From Eimeria praecox (Eukaryota), in NCBI GenBank assembly GCA_963920595.1, contig OY986950.1, positions 124,001-188,000 of the forward strand: DNA of 64,000 bases. Reading direction: 5' to 3'. Positions 52,991-64,000 of this stretch are shown here, piece by piece. Made by a program: the position numbers and the translations under genes. The stretch's first letter is position 1. Every line of letters starts with the position of its first letter. The notes under the pieces were generated by a model. It ran no database searches. It had not been told where the DNA came from and saw only the letters and a list, made by a program, of their open reading frames with translations.

Positions 52991-55209
52991 ACCACATGGA
53001 GAAATTTGGTGTGAAAATCTTGAGTATTCTTAAGCGTAGGATGGTTAAACCCTCACCCCCTAAGCACAGACGTGGTAAACTGAAAAGCAACAGAAGGCGA
53101 TACTTCTAGCATAAGTCATTAAGGAACGTTCTAAATTGGCGGGTAGAAGATCTGATCCTTGATTCCATATCGGCATGATTGTGGAAGCACAAGCGCTCGA
53201 GCATTCGCACAACAGCGGTGGATGGCGAAGCTCTATGAGCAAGCATGATGGAACACAGGCGGCAAGCATATCTACTGTACTTCAGCAGACCTAATTCGCT
53301 AGTGTCCTTTTCATTACCCCGTTTCAGCGGACGTTAGAAGACAACCACCTCTTGTGTAGTAGCAGTTCGCAAAAGCTGAGGCCCAGCCAAACGTGTACGC
53401 GCAATCTGCTTCTTGAAGCTAATTAGTATTTAACAATATTCTCCACTAGAAAGCGTCCGCCTTTACTGGAACCGTATGAGCGCTTAGGCCTATGCATTTA
53501 GTATGGCTTGACGCATCCGCACGCCCAACCCAGAGCTAGAAAAAAGAAGAGCCCTGTGAAGTACAGTTTCAGAGCGACTTCGTATAGGCCACTCATTCGG
53601 TTCGGCCGCAGACACGAGGGCAGATAGGTCTGCCCCTGGGCAGGATATATCCGACGAATACGCAATCCAACTCGAGGCAATCACAGGAAGTACTATTCCA
53701 AGGTGTGCATTCTGTTGTATCCTTCTGCACCTGTTGGATCTTCGACCTTACAACTCTGAAGACCGGTGGTCTGGAATGCTTCAGTGACTAGAACTACATT
53801 CATTTGGGAAGACAACGCCTTTGCCTGGAAAAGCATTATTTCGAATCTGCTTGAGGGATCCGCCTAAGTGAGTCCCTCATCGTCCTGGACACGCATTCTG
53901 CAGCGCACTTCGCTGGGCAATGACTAGTTTGCTATGGCTTCTCTTCCACAATATTTCCCCGAATTGCGCACTGTGCACCATCAAAGTAATGCCCGTTAAT
54001 GCACAATACAAAGATACTTAATGTCCTGTAGCGGCGCGCAGCACATCCGCCGCCCCATGGACTCTACTGTTCTTCATGACCACGCAAACGTCCATCAATC
54101 TGACGCCATGTATCAGCTGTATTTCGTAACAGTGCATTAATGGGGAACAGCATGGTTGAACCGCATATACGAGCTCGCCAAACCTATATTTCCGTGTAGA
54201 CAGTCCTAACAAGCATCAAAACAGATCATCTGGCTGGACAAGCTTTGCCTGCTTGAGGAGATCCCGGGAAACATTTCTACTGATGCATGCGGCCAGTTGC
54301 ACTTAAAGGTGGCCTCGAGTGCCACAAAATGTCCAGTGAGGCAGGAAAGGATTGCCCTTTAAAGGGTCCCAATTCACAACTAAAGCCAGCAAGATCACCT
54401 GAAAACCGAATGCCCAACCTTACAGGAAACTATTATCAGCTCATTATCAATGAAGTGTTTGGAGGGAATACTAAAAATAAGCGGAGAAGGCGGGTCGGCC
54501 GGGAACGGGCATCACGTCAAAGCCATCATGAGCAGCCCAACTCTCAACTTCAACGCGAAGAAGACAGTCCACAGAGGCCTTTCTTGAAGCACCTGAATCT
54601 CTAAAGCTAACGCTGCTAACACCTACACGAAAAGTAGCAAGTGTCTTGGAACCCCAATTTGGCTGGCGGCACCCTTTCTATTGCGTAGCACAAGCACATG
54701 AAGCACGGCAACAGCGAAATAAAGCACGCTACGCCAGGGGTACAGCAAGCCAGCGCTGATTCACTGAAATATGGATATCCCTTGTGGAGCATTTTCCTAG
54801 CGAGGAAGTGCCTGCCGGCACCTTTCCCCCGTCACTCACGGAGCCAAGTGCATCAGGCAGCCGTCAGCAGCATCACTATCCGCTCACCGAGGAAGGCAGC
54901 AATACGATACTATGCTTGCCCACACAAGTACAGATCGCTGAGCATCCCGCACGAGGCGTCAACAGACTCCCCCTGGAAAAATTCTAGCCCGTGGCGAGTA
55001 GGTTCCGTTGTGTCTATATGGAGTCCTACTCACAAGTGGCAGAATCCTCTTGCGACCACAGTTCCTCGTGATAATGTATATTTCATGTGTTTCCTTAGAA
55101 TACCTCAGCTAACCACTTACCAGGAGAGGTGCTCGGCGTCCCTCTAGACCTCTCCAGTCAAGACCTTTGTTCATGACACGTGTGCCTCCTCCTGTTGGCA
55201 AGCACCTAC

Positions 55210-55539
55210 GTTGCAAAATTCCGGACCTCCTTCTGCAAGTCTTCGCTTGTTCGCTCCATAACTGCTGGAATTTTCGTGGGGTTGGAGGCTTTTGAAGCAC
55301 TGAATGACCAAGAACACCGTAGCAATTGCGGCGGCCAGGAGAGTGACGCCCAAGACCCGGGATCTCGTGCGTTCTACTCTACGTCTCGGTGAATATGCAC
55401 TATCACCCAACACGGCAGATGCTGCTTGTGGGGAATTGAACTCATCGGTGGGTAGAGCAGCGGCCTGTAGTTGAGCGCTGTCAGTCACCCCGGTTAAAAG
55501 TGCCACAGAGGCAGCGAAAAGAGGTATGAACACGCGCAT
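55210..55539 (-). CDS. First exon of a putative secreted/membrane protein (signal peptide + second hydrophobic helix + RRLAEGG..C motif), Eimeria-type hypothetical family
   Basis: ATG at 55539 gives MRVFIPLFAASVALLTGVTDSAQ (signal-like), then RSRVLGVTLLAAAIATVFLVIQCF (TM-like) and KRRLAEGGPEFCN, followed by donor-like AAC|GTAGGT at 55209. A possible terminal exon lies at 54972-54910 (ttttccag|GESVDASCG...*), unverified. If unspliced, the ORF stops at 55171. Confidence 0.75.
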
Positions 55540-56015
55540 TTCGGAGGTCAAAAAGCGTGTTACGGCGTCTGCAATAGGAATAAAAATAGTGGTCTCGCTG
55601 TTTCAATGTAAATATGGGCAGTGTGCTTTGTAAGAATTTCAGCCTGCGTGTCCCAGGCCTACGCGCTGACGATCCCGTAATGGCCTACGGTGCACCAGCC
55701 CAATGCATGCCGTCTTCTGTAGATGCGGAGACCATGCAGGTTTCAGCGTTACTCGTGAATATATTTACCGTCTGTCATGAAACTAAAGAAGAGACCTCCT
55801 GTGGTGCCTTCTGTGCAGCCACTTGCTTCTAAGGCGACTCAAAGGCTGTTCGGCTGCATAGATGTGCGTGCGTTAAGTGGTCGGCAAGTCTTATACAAAC
55901 TGAAGCATAGCAAAAATTAGAGGGGCAATGCAGTTTCCCGTTCTTAATCATTATATTACTGAACTGGCCGTTCTCTCTATTTGTTTTTGTGTTGCCTTGT
56001 TGTAGCCGCTGCAGC
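55540..56015. promoter_or_regulatory. Putative bidirectional promoter and 5' UTR region
   Basis: 476 bp between divergent ATGs (55539 minus, 56016 plus). TGCATGC at 55704-55710; GAGACC at 55728 and 55791, and reversed at 55591. Confidence 0.35.
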
Positions 56016-59000
56016 ATGCTGAAGTTGGTCGGCGTGATGCTGGTGCTCTTACCTCTGCTTACTCGCAGGCTGACAGCGAGCAGCCACGTAAGTGTTTACA
56101 GACTTTCTATACAACGAGATGTGGAATGCATTCTCCTCTCTGTAATTTTTACATCACTCAACCGGCCGTTTGTTCCCTTTTTCCCGTAGGCCTACGTGAG
56201 CGGCACTGCCCCCTTGTGGTAGTCTCTGCCGCATGCCATAGCATGGCCTGCGTGAAATTGGTGATTATACCTGTGCTCGCTTGTTACAAAAGGAGGCGTT
56301 TGGGCGTGCGGGCGAGGCTGCCTTCCAGCACTAGCTGGAGTCCATGACAAGCCGGTCCGCCTCCCCACCAGCCCTATGCTCTTGGAGCGGTATGCGTGGG
56401 AAGCGTGGAGGGAATGCGGGCTGCGCCTTCGGATTCCTGTGACTCTATAGCATCCCGTGAATATCCTCTGCAAAGACTGAGGGTCATAGCTACAAGCTCC
56501 TCATGAGGTTGGCTCGTGCACATACTTACGTACAAGCTGACTAGTGAGGGCGGGTGAAGTGCTCAGCAGTTGTCTTAGCTCCTGGGGCTGCCTCGCAGCG
56601 GGAGGTGCAACGAGGAGTGCGGCAACTCATGACAGACCGCCGCCTCTCCGCACCAGCCTGTGGCTTCTCTGCAGGCAGGCGCAGGGCCCTTGAAGGATGG
56701 AAGAGATGCCTGCAGCTCTGCGCATATCCTTGTCGCATGCTTACGCTTTTTGACTGCTGCATTTCACGGTCCTCAGCAAAGATCGAAGTCTCTCGTTGCT
56801 CACAGCATATAGGCCTTTATAAAAATGCTAGTGGGAATCCTGATGGTTAGCGGAATGCCACGTGAGCTACCTAAGAATCCGCTGGGAAAGCACTTCTAGT
56901 CTGGGCCATGCACTGTTGCCTGTACTGAGGTTTGCTCTCGTTCAGGTTCTAATGGAATATGATTTGCGCATTTTAGTGAGTGGCTGTTGGTGTGGTCTGC
57001 CATCCGATGTTGCTTTCAATGCAGCTGCATTCAGCTGCATGCCCAGCCATCCTACTGAGCAACATTACCGCGTGAATTTCTGCCTGCAGTGTCAAAGGCG
57101 GCAATAGCTGGCCGTCGTAGCAGAGAATTGTAAAGTGCATTCCTGGGCATTCCCCACTTGGCAGGTAGATGCGGGTGGTTCCTTAAGGAAGTGCCAGTTA
57201 CTAAATGTGGTGCTATCGTCCCTATAAAAAAAATATCAAGCCCAGTTTGGCCCACGGAGTGGCGGGAGTCGATATCAAGTGGTCATGCCCGCTTAAGGAG
57301 CAATGAAGCCCATATTCATGTGCGCGCCAAATGACGACCATCCCGTTCCAGTTTCATGCAACTTTCTTGGTGCTGGGTAGTTTTGAGGGCTTCACGAACA
57401 ATGATCCAACTCAGGTTCGAGTGTAGCAGCTGTACCAGCAAACAATTGGGTACTGGATGGAAGCTTCAGCTTCTATTACCATTTTGGGACCAAGGCAGCA
57501 AAAAGTCTGTGCATGCAGAAATATTTGAGCCAGTGGCCTACCGTAGGCTGGTTGCCTTGGCGGCGGGTTACGGGTTTAAACGGAACTTGATAGCGTCAAA
57601 TCTCGGTGTAGTCTTTGAAAGAAAAAGTGGGCAATTTCGTATAAGCACAAAAATAGGTAAAAATTCAGAAACCATGCGCAGGTATGGCAATGGAATCCGA
57701 TGTCCTGAGCTTTGACCCGCCTGCTGCAGGATGTAGAGCATTGTTGCTGCGTCCTCAGCAGAAAAGGCGGGGGCCGAAAAGGGTAGTAGGCCATAATTTA
57801 CCCCGAAATGACTGCATTAAGTGGCTTCAGTTGTTTAATTTAGGAAGCGTTGCGCGCTTGGTGAGCAGACTGCACGTCTACAAGCCGCCGGGGCGTTCCT
57901 TGATCCAGTCCGGAATCGCACAGTTGCGGGCAATGCGAAACAATGAACGACGCCAACGAGAAACACACGCATTTCTACTTTGATTATTAGACCCCGTAAG
58001 TATATGCTCATCTACGAAAAAGCCTATTAATAATGTAGGCAAGCCTTATGGGGGAGAGTTCAACCGAATCCTTCGTCCGTGGACCAACCCGACTCCTCCT
58101 AGGCAGAAGCCGATTCTAGAACAAGTGCCGGCATTGCCTTTGTGAAACCAAACAATGTCAGGAAGATCAGCAAACTTGTTTCTGTGCGGATGCAGACATT
58201 TCCACAGTTGTCTGCTCGCTTTTTTGTTGTTCGCTGGGAACTGTGTTCTGGGCCGCAGCAGCTTAATCTCTGACCAGTCCATCCCAATTATACAGGGAAG
58301 ACTGGAAATCTCTCCACAAAGATTCAAGGAAGTGTCTCTGTTGAGTATTAGTTCCAGTAAAGATGATTTGTCACATGAGGCTGGGGCAGATGAAGAGCCT
58401 GCGGGCCCATCCCTCCAAGACTCAGCTGGAGTGGATAATCCTCAGCTGCAAGGGCGAACTGCAAGTGAGTAGGACCTTCAACAACCTGATGCCACTTACC
58501 GTATCACTCTGTCTCTATGCATATTACCCAGTGGAAGTAAAGAATAGGGCACGATAGGCGAGCTTGCTGTGGGGTAAAAGGACAGGCCAGCTGCTTTCTT
58601 CGCATTGCGCTGTGTTATCAGAATGCGAAGATGTGCTTCAGACATTTCAAAAAGGTGAGCTTCACTACGAGGATCAGAAAGAATGCAATAGTCACTAACC
58701 GCTAGCTTGCTGTATTTGCTCATCGCCCCCTCGTGCGGATGTTCAGACTTCGACGTCAACAAGCAGAAGATTGTTGCTCTCCTTGATGGCATCAATCAAG
58801 AAAAATATCTTGAGAAGCAAAGCTGCCTGAAGAGTATTGTTCACCCTTCAGCGCCATTCTTCCTCAACCCTCCGGAGTTTTCAATTGTGAAGTATTCGGT
58901 AGATCTACAGTTTGGAGCAGCCTGGATGTGGGACAAAGTGGCACGAATCCTTCTCCAGAACAGTAGGTCTTCCAGCGTCTCCCATTCTACCTAATGGCTC

Positions 59001-62000
59001 TAGGGGTGGCTTTCGGCGATAATGTAACGCTTCGGACCTTGAATACGAAACATGTTTGTGTTTGCAGCTGAGGTTCCTAGCATTGCAAAGCGCTTCTGGG
59101 CAGGTGAGCCAAGGGCTGTGGCCTGACGCCCTTTCTGCTGGGCAAAAGAAAGGACTTGCAGCTCACGCCCCTGCGTGTTGCGATGCATTGGATACAGGAG
59201 TACCCCCACCTGTGGAAGTGGGTGATGTGGTCAAAGTGCTGGAGGCTGGTACCACCATTGTAAAGCGTGGCGAGTACACAGTAGTGGGTGTGCAAGGAGA
59301 TGAATGCACCGTGGAGAAGGAAGGGGAGAAGCTGAACTTTCCGCGTGACCGCCTGCTTCTTACAATAAGAAAAAGTGGGGGTTGTTTTTATTCGTTGCGC
59401 ATCTTAACATATGCCTTGTCAATGGAACTGGGGGAAGTCTGGAGCCTGTTGTTTGCTGCCCACATGCCTGTTTTTCAGAGTACAGATATATAGCTGATAA
59501 GGTGCTAACAAATGAGCTTGGAAACTTGAATGAAGAGGACCCTAATCTTGTGGCAGATATGGAAGAGGTATTCGAGTTGGCCGGAGTCAGAGAAGCCTTC
59601 CAGCAAACTTTACAGACGGGAGACCCGCGTTATCTGCAGACTGCAATGAAAAACTCGGAAACGTTTCATTGTACGTCCATCACTGTCGCTGCATAGTATT
59701 TTGAGCTTCTTAGTCTTAGGGCTACTCCGCTAGCTGCTATTTTGCTTGCTGTGTTCCTTTAACTGCTGTAGTTTTGTGGTTTGTAGACGCTATGCGGCAA
59801 CTCCCTGGCATCAAAGCGAGTCCGATTCAGAAGCCAGGGAAGGGAGGGCCTAAACCTGACCCAGCAGAGATGAGCAGCATGTACACTTCAGAGTCAGCAG
59901 TGAAAGGTGAGTCTATATTTCGTGGTTTGTGTACCTGGCTCAGACGTGCGAGAAGTACTCTTCTAGCTGCACCTGTGTGCGTGTGCCCTGTCATTTGAAG
60001 TGCAGCCTATGAAGTACTTCAGCTAATTCGAGGTTACACAGCCTTAGAAGGTTGTAGGCCTCTAACACACAAGAATCTACAGGGAGCCGACAGCGAACTC
60101 GTTCTACGAGTCATCGAGAACGCTAAATTTGAATATGTCGAGATGCAAGGCGAAGATACCTTGCAGTCTGTCCTTGAAAATCAATGCAGATCTGCGGCGG
60201 CATTCGTCTTCCCGAGAGCGCTCAAGGCCTCTGATCTTGTCATTCCACGCTGTGCAGATGTCTGGGAGAGAATGCGAAACGACTGGTCCCAACTAGGTGA
60301 GTTTAGGCCAGCCGCGTAGGCAAACAGTTTAGCTCGTGATGATTCTACGGCACTTCCCCTCGTGTTCCACCAGGCTCAGTATCCAACACCTTCGCTACTA
60401 CTTTGATGCCCCTGCATGAACTAATGCATTATTTCTTGCGCTAATGCTCTCAGTTATGTCCTCGGATATAGCGAACGACCGCGAAGCGCTTGCAAAGGAT
60501 TGCATTTCGAAACAAGGCAAGTTCATCAATGGGCAACTTCGGTAGCGGACGACGCCTTCGTGTGTCCTTAGACGTTTCCAGGTTTCCATTCCACTATATT
60601 GGGCTGCGATTTCTCCTTTTGTGCTTAAATCAGGGCAGTTGGCCCCTGGCTACTTGAGGGAATGCGACGCACGCTGCATGGGAGGCGTTGCCAAAAGAAA
60701 CTACTGGTTTGACAAGAAACATATCAAACGAAAAGCTGTTGGAAGGGACTACATCCTTGCTGGAGATGGTATACACACTACACTACACTACACTGGACGG
60801 ATAATGCAGACAGATTGTCGGAGCACTTCTTCTCGTGTATCCGTGCCCGACATTTTTAGGTGCTTCGCATGTTTTCATATGCCACCTCTTTCCTGCTACA
60901 TTCGTCACATTTTCATTTGGTCAGCCGTATCTCTTCTTTTTGCAGTTGTTCGTCTGTCAACCTTCTCGGCTGCTGATACACTTCCATACCTAGACCTGTT
61001 GGGGAGCCAGGCGTGGCGCCTAGCTCGCATTTTCAGCTCAACTGTAACCACCAGAGACGTTGGAGAAGAAGTTGAAGAGCTGTCGTGTGTGGCGGATTTC
61101 TTAACAAAGGACGGTGTGGATCCGGTACAAGGAAACCACAGGATGGCCGGATTCCGCTTACCCCATCTCCAACTATTGGCTTTGGCTGTAGCAACGGATC
61201 TCCGGCACCATGCAAGCATCGTAGGAGCCAACCTGCAAAGCAGCAAAAAAATGCGCAAGCTAGCTAAGAAATCAAGGGATTTTTCTGCCTTCTTTAAGCT
61301 ACTTTCCTGCCATGCTACTGATGACACTGAAGCGCTTTGCAAGGTTTTCGGACCGTTTGCATCTCTGGCTATTCGTATAGGTGCGTTCGCACTGTATCTG
61401 CTGAATGCATCTATAAACTTGCAAATATGGACGTAGATCTGTCCATATTAAGATAGCTACAGCATTTCAAAGTTTGTGTTAACTTCTGAGCGCATTTGTT
61501 GATCAATCTACTAACTGTGCATGAGATGTTATATTTACTCAGCCTTATTCCTGCGAGTTGAAGTTGAAGAGCATGCCAACAAGGGATGGACGGAGGTCGT
61601 AGGTGTTTTCTCCGGGAGAGTATCCGAACGAAAATTGTATGATAAGGCTGTGCAGCAAGTGGCTGCAAACGCTAGAAAGTTCATTGAGAAATTCATGGGA
61701 GGCTTTGGTTACGAAGCAACAGGAAAAGTCGAGAGGGTGAAGAAAAGAATCCGAAATATTTTTAGAAGACCTAGGGGGAAAGCCCCCCAGAATTCAGGGC
61801 ACCACAAGGTTGGCCACGACTTCGCCAAGCTCATTCTCATCATGTGGACGAATGGCAGTCAGCACCTTACACCCAGCAAAGTTGAGGATGCCTTCCGCCG
61901 GGCCAGAGAGTACCAGACACTTGCGATCTTAAACCACGGTAGGTCGAATTCTCCGGCGCTGCACTCGAGCTTTGAGCTGCTTGCGTTCGCTGAACAACTG

Positions 62001-62974
62001 CCAAAGTTAATCCAGTCCCCAATGCCCTGATGCTTCATCGTAGGTGTGGACCCGATAAAAGCTATAACGGCGGAGATCAAAGCTGGTTGTAAAGACACGA
62101 CTGCGGTGCGTCATAAATACTGGCCCTTACTTGAAAAAAGCAAGACAAAAATATCCAAAATTGCAGATGAATTAGGGCTAGGGCTGCTCTACGGGTATAC
62201 CACAAGCAAGACGTATTCAGCGCTTTCTGAGTCGGGTCGCGCACTAGCTGCTGCTTGCAAGGGAAAATCACAATTGGATTTGCTTGCTCGAGGAACAAAG
62301 CACCGTGAAATCATGGAGCTCCACCAATGCATGAAGCTTCGAGGTACGGTCATCAGCCATATATTGGTAGATTCAGCGGTACCGCCCAAAGACGACAGGG
62401 CTGTAGACCTCAGCGAAGTTTGACACTGCATGTGCAGGTCAAGGAGTTGCTTTGTTACGCATCGCACTAAAGAACGTGAAAGCCCCAACAGCAGATGTTA
62501 CAGGCAGGCTTTTCAGTTTTCTTGCGAAGATCCTTGCAATCCGCAAAGAGGGCACAAAGGGACTCTATAAAGTCTACCTCCAATGGGTCAAAGACGGTGA
62601 AACCTCACAACAAATAAATGAGTGGAACGACAGCATCGAGGTTTTCGAATGCTCGTGGCATTCGTCACAGGAAGAGCAGAACCATATGCTGGCTGAGGCT
62701 GGCAAAGTAAACGAACACGACTACGCTGCTGAAGGTTCTCCCGCGCCTGAACTCGAGTCTTGCAGCGGTAATTTACAAACCCTCCCAAATCCCGTTTCCC
62801 TGAACCCTGTTTCGCACGCAGTCACAAGGGCAAAACGCTAGGCTTCATGCTGCACAATACTGCACTGTGTATGATGCCACTCTATCTGCAGCGAACGCCG
62901 GTGACGTACTGGATTTGCAACAGCCCCCGGCCAGCGTCCTCCCCGAAAATGTAATTTTTTCTACCATGTTGTAA
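56016..62974 (+). CDS. RON4: Multi-exon secretory protein, probable rhoptry neck protein 4 (RON4)-like moving-junction protein
   Basis: Signal-peptide exon 56016-56087 (MLKLVGVMLVLLPLLTRRLTASSH|GTAAGT). Exons in 56190-58000 are unresolved. Frame-consistent exons: 58039-58124, 58278-58464, 58747-58962, 59198-59374, 59479-59670, 59787-59906, 60006-60296, 60454-60516, 60634-60768, 60946-61380, 61543-61938, 62044-62343, 62438-62767, 62892-62974 (TAA). The peptides PIIQGRLE..QRFKEVSLLSISSSK and SIVHPSAPFFLNPPEF..VKYSVDLQ...WMWD resemble my recollection of Toxoplasma RON4. The gene itself is well supported; the name needs BLAST confirmation. Confidence 0.65.
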
Positions 62975-63675
62975 TGCATTTGCTAAAATGCGAGTTAGGA
63001 ATATGCTTTTTACTATTGGTATTGGCACCACGCCCAGCATGGCAAAGAGTGCAGCATACGCGCTTCCCCCAATTCATTCAAACAACTTAGAATTTAGCCG
63101 GCACAGTGACTAATTTGCACGAGTCAGTGACTAATTCGCGACGGCAGCCAAACTGGAGAAGCTTCGGCATAGGCTGCTTACACGCTATTCCCTGGGCCTC
63201 AGTGTCTCAGAAAGGTACTCTTTCCGGAAGGATTCGGTTTTTAATTGGGCAAGCGCAAAATAAACTATACCAGGAATTTCTCAGAAAGCAGTTTTTCACA
63301 AGCGGAGAGTCGGCAGGCCTCCCCCAGTTGTGATGCTTTTCGGCCAGAAATCGCCTTGCGCTTGAAAAATCCAGCACTGCTGAGGTAGCGTTTAGGTCGA
63401 GCTAGAAGTGCTTAGCGCAAGTATGGCGGTAAAAGCAGCAGGTAATCCACAAGCATATAACCAATGCAGCGGCTCAACGGTGCAGCTATAGCTAGACGAA
63501 CTAAATGCGCAGGAGGACCTGCGTAAAGGCAAACTAAATAATACGAAGAGTGCTTGCGTAAAGCAGCACTTGTGCTTTAGAGTGCCGTACCTCAAAACGC
63601 CCAGTATGTATATGCAATTGCCAAGATGCGCTGCCAAGCTGAAGGCTGGACAGTTTACACTACAAGAAAAGTAAG

Positions 63676-64000
63676 TCAGTGCAAGCAAAGCGAGCCGGTT
63701 TCATTCTGACATGAACAGGCCTCGACCTCGGGGCCCGACGATTTACAAGTACTTCCACCCTCGCAGTACTCCAATGAGCATTCGTCCTTTCCATTCAAAC
63801 CATCCGCTCCATTGTCTCCCAAATCAGTAGGAGCTGCCACCCAGGTTGGAGCTTCTGCAGTACAATTCGGCCCTTCCACAACGTCGCATGCACTCCACTC
63901 GTCGTCCACTATGCTATCGCCGAAAGTGCCTGAACCGTTAGATCCAGAAGTTACAGCCGATGAAGCTGCTGTGAAGGGCAACAAATCCTGCCCTTCCAAA
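63676..64000 (-). CDS. 3' end of an unidentified protein gene entering from the right edge
   Basis: The frame is open from the window edge to a stop at 63676-63678. It gives 107 aa of acidic, Ser/Gly/Cys-rich, protein-like sequence, convergent with the RON4-like gene. Confidence 0.55.
   Translation of the reverse strand, partial: LEGQDLLPFTAASSAVTSGSNGSGTFGDSIVDDEWSACDVVEGPNCTAEAPTWVAAPTDLGDNGADGLNGKDECSLEYCEGGSTCKSSGPEVEACSCQNETGSLCLH

Larger units (their letters stand above)
1..53500 (-). mobile_element. Field of degenerate Ty3/gypsy (chromovirus-like) retrotransposon pol fragments in tandem, same orientation
   Basis: Minus-strand translations, riddled with stops and frameshifts, repeatedly give recognisable pol remnants in gypsy order PR-RT-RH-INT: LATDTGPAS and GRGLLDAEY (~LLDTGA); LFDQLELQAG (~FSKLDLKSG); KVWARRGGEFLVRMCVHLGHIS (~KLYAKxSKCEFxxxxVxYLGHI); ACDYGLLVGA...GVPIA (~ASDYAIGAVL..G.PIA); FTDRPTKRIKTALK (~QTDGQTERVNRTLE). 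No intact ORF. Confidence 0.85.

Noticed and set aside
1..53100. Hundreds of short ORFs (60-190 aa) recurring in the repeats, as a possible multigene family
   Set aside because: They overlap in all frames, have atypical composition and no consistent splice structure, and recur only because the DNA is duplicated. The minus-strand ones are better explained as decayed pol.
53490..55150. Short ORFs such as 54287..54604 and 54698..55147
   Set aside because: No recognisable homology or coherent exon chain. Probably UTR, intron or intergenic sequence.
60374..60445. HELMH (HExxH metalloprotease-like) peptide after an alternative acceptor
   Set aside because: The frame stops a few codons later and lies inside predicted intron 60297-60453.
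1..64000. CRISPR array, rDNA/5S or tRNA tandem array
   Set aside because: The repeats are kb-scale with no short repeat-spacer pattern, I recognised no rRNA or tRNA sequence, and the context is eukaryotic.

Overview
Eukaryotic DNA, most likely from a coccidian apicomplexan (Eimeria/Cyclospora-like), judged from the gene styles, the spliceosomal introns and the type of retroelement remnant. About 1-53,500 has no credible intact gene. It is a strand-uniform (all minus) head-to-tail stack of heavily decayed Ty3/gypsy (chromovirus-type) pol fragments: protease, RT, RNase H, integrase. After decaying, these were amplified into near-identical kb-scale tandem units of about 4.18 kb, 3.85 kb, 4.33 kb and 2,377 bp, with a ~13.7 kb higher-order duplication. 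I could not find gag or LTRs: integrase tails join directly to the next protease or RT. The last ~10 kb is genic: a small secreted/membrane protein gene (minus), a divergent multi-exon signal-peptide gene resembling rhoptry neck protein RON4 (plus, 56016-62974), and the 3' end of a convergent gene. Domain and gene identities come from by-eye motif recognition, not database searches. Array boundaries are approximate (about +/-50 bp).
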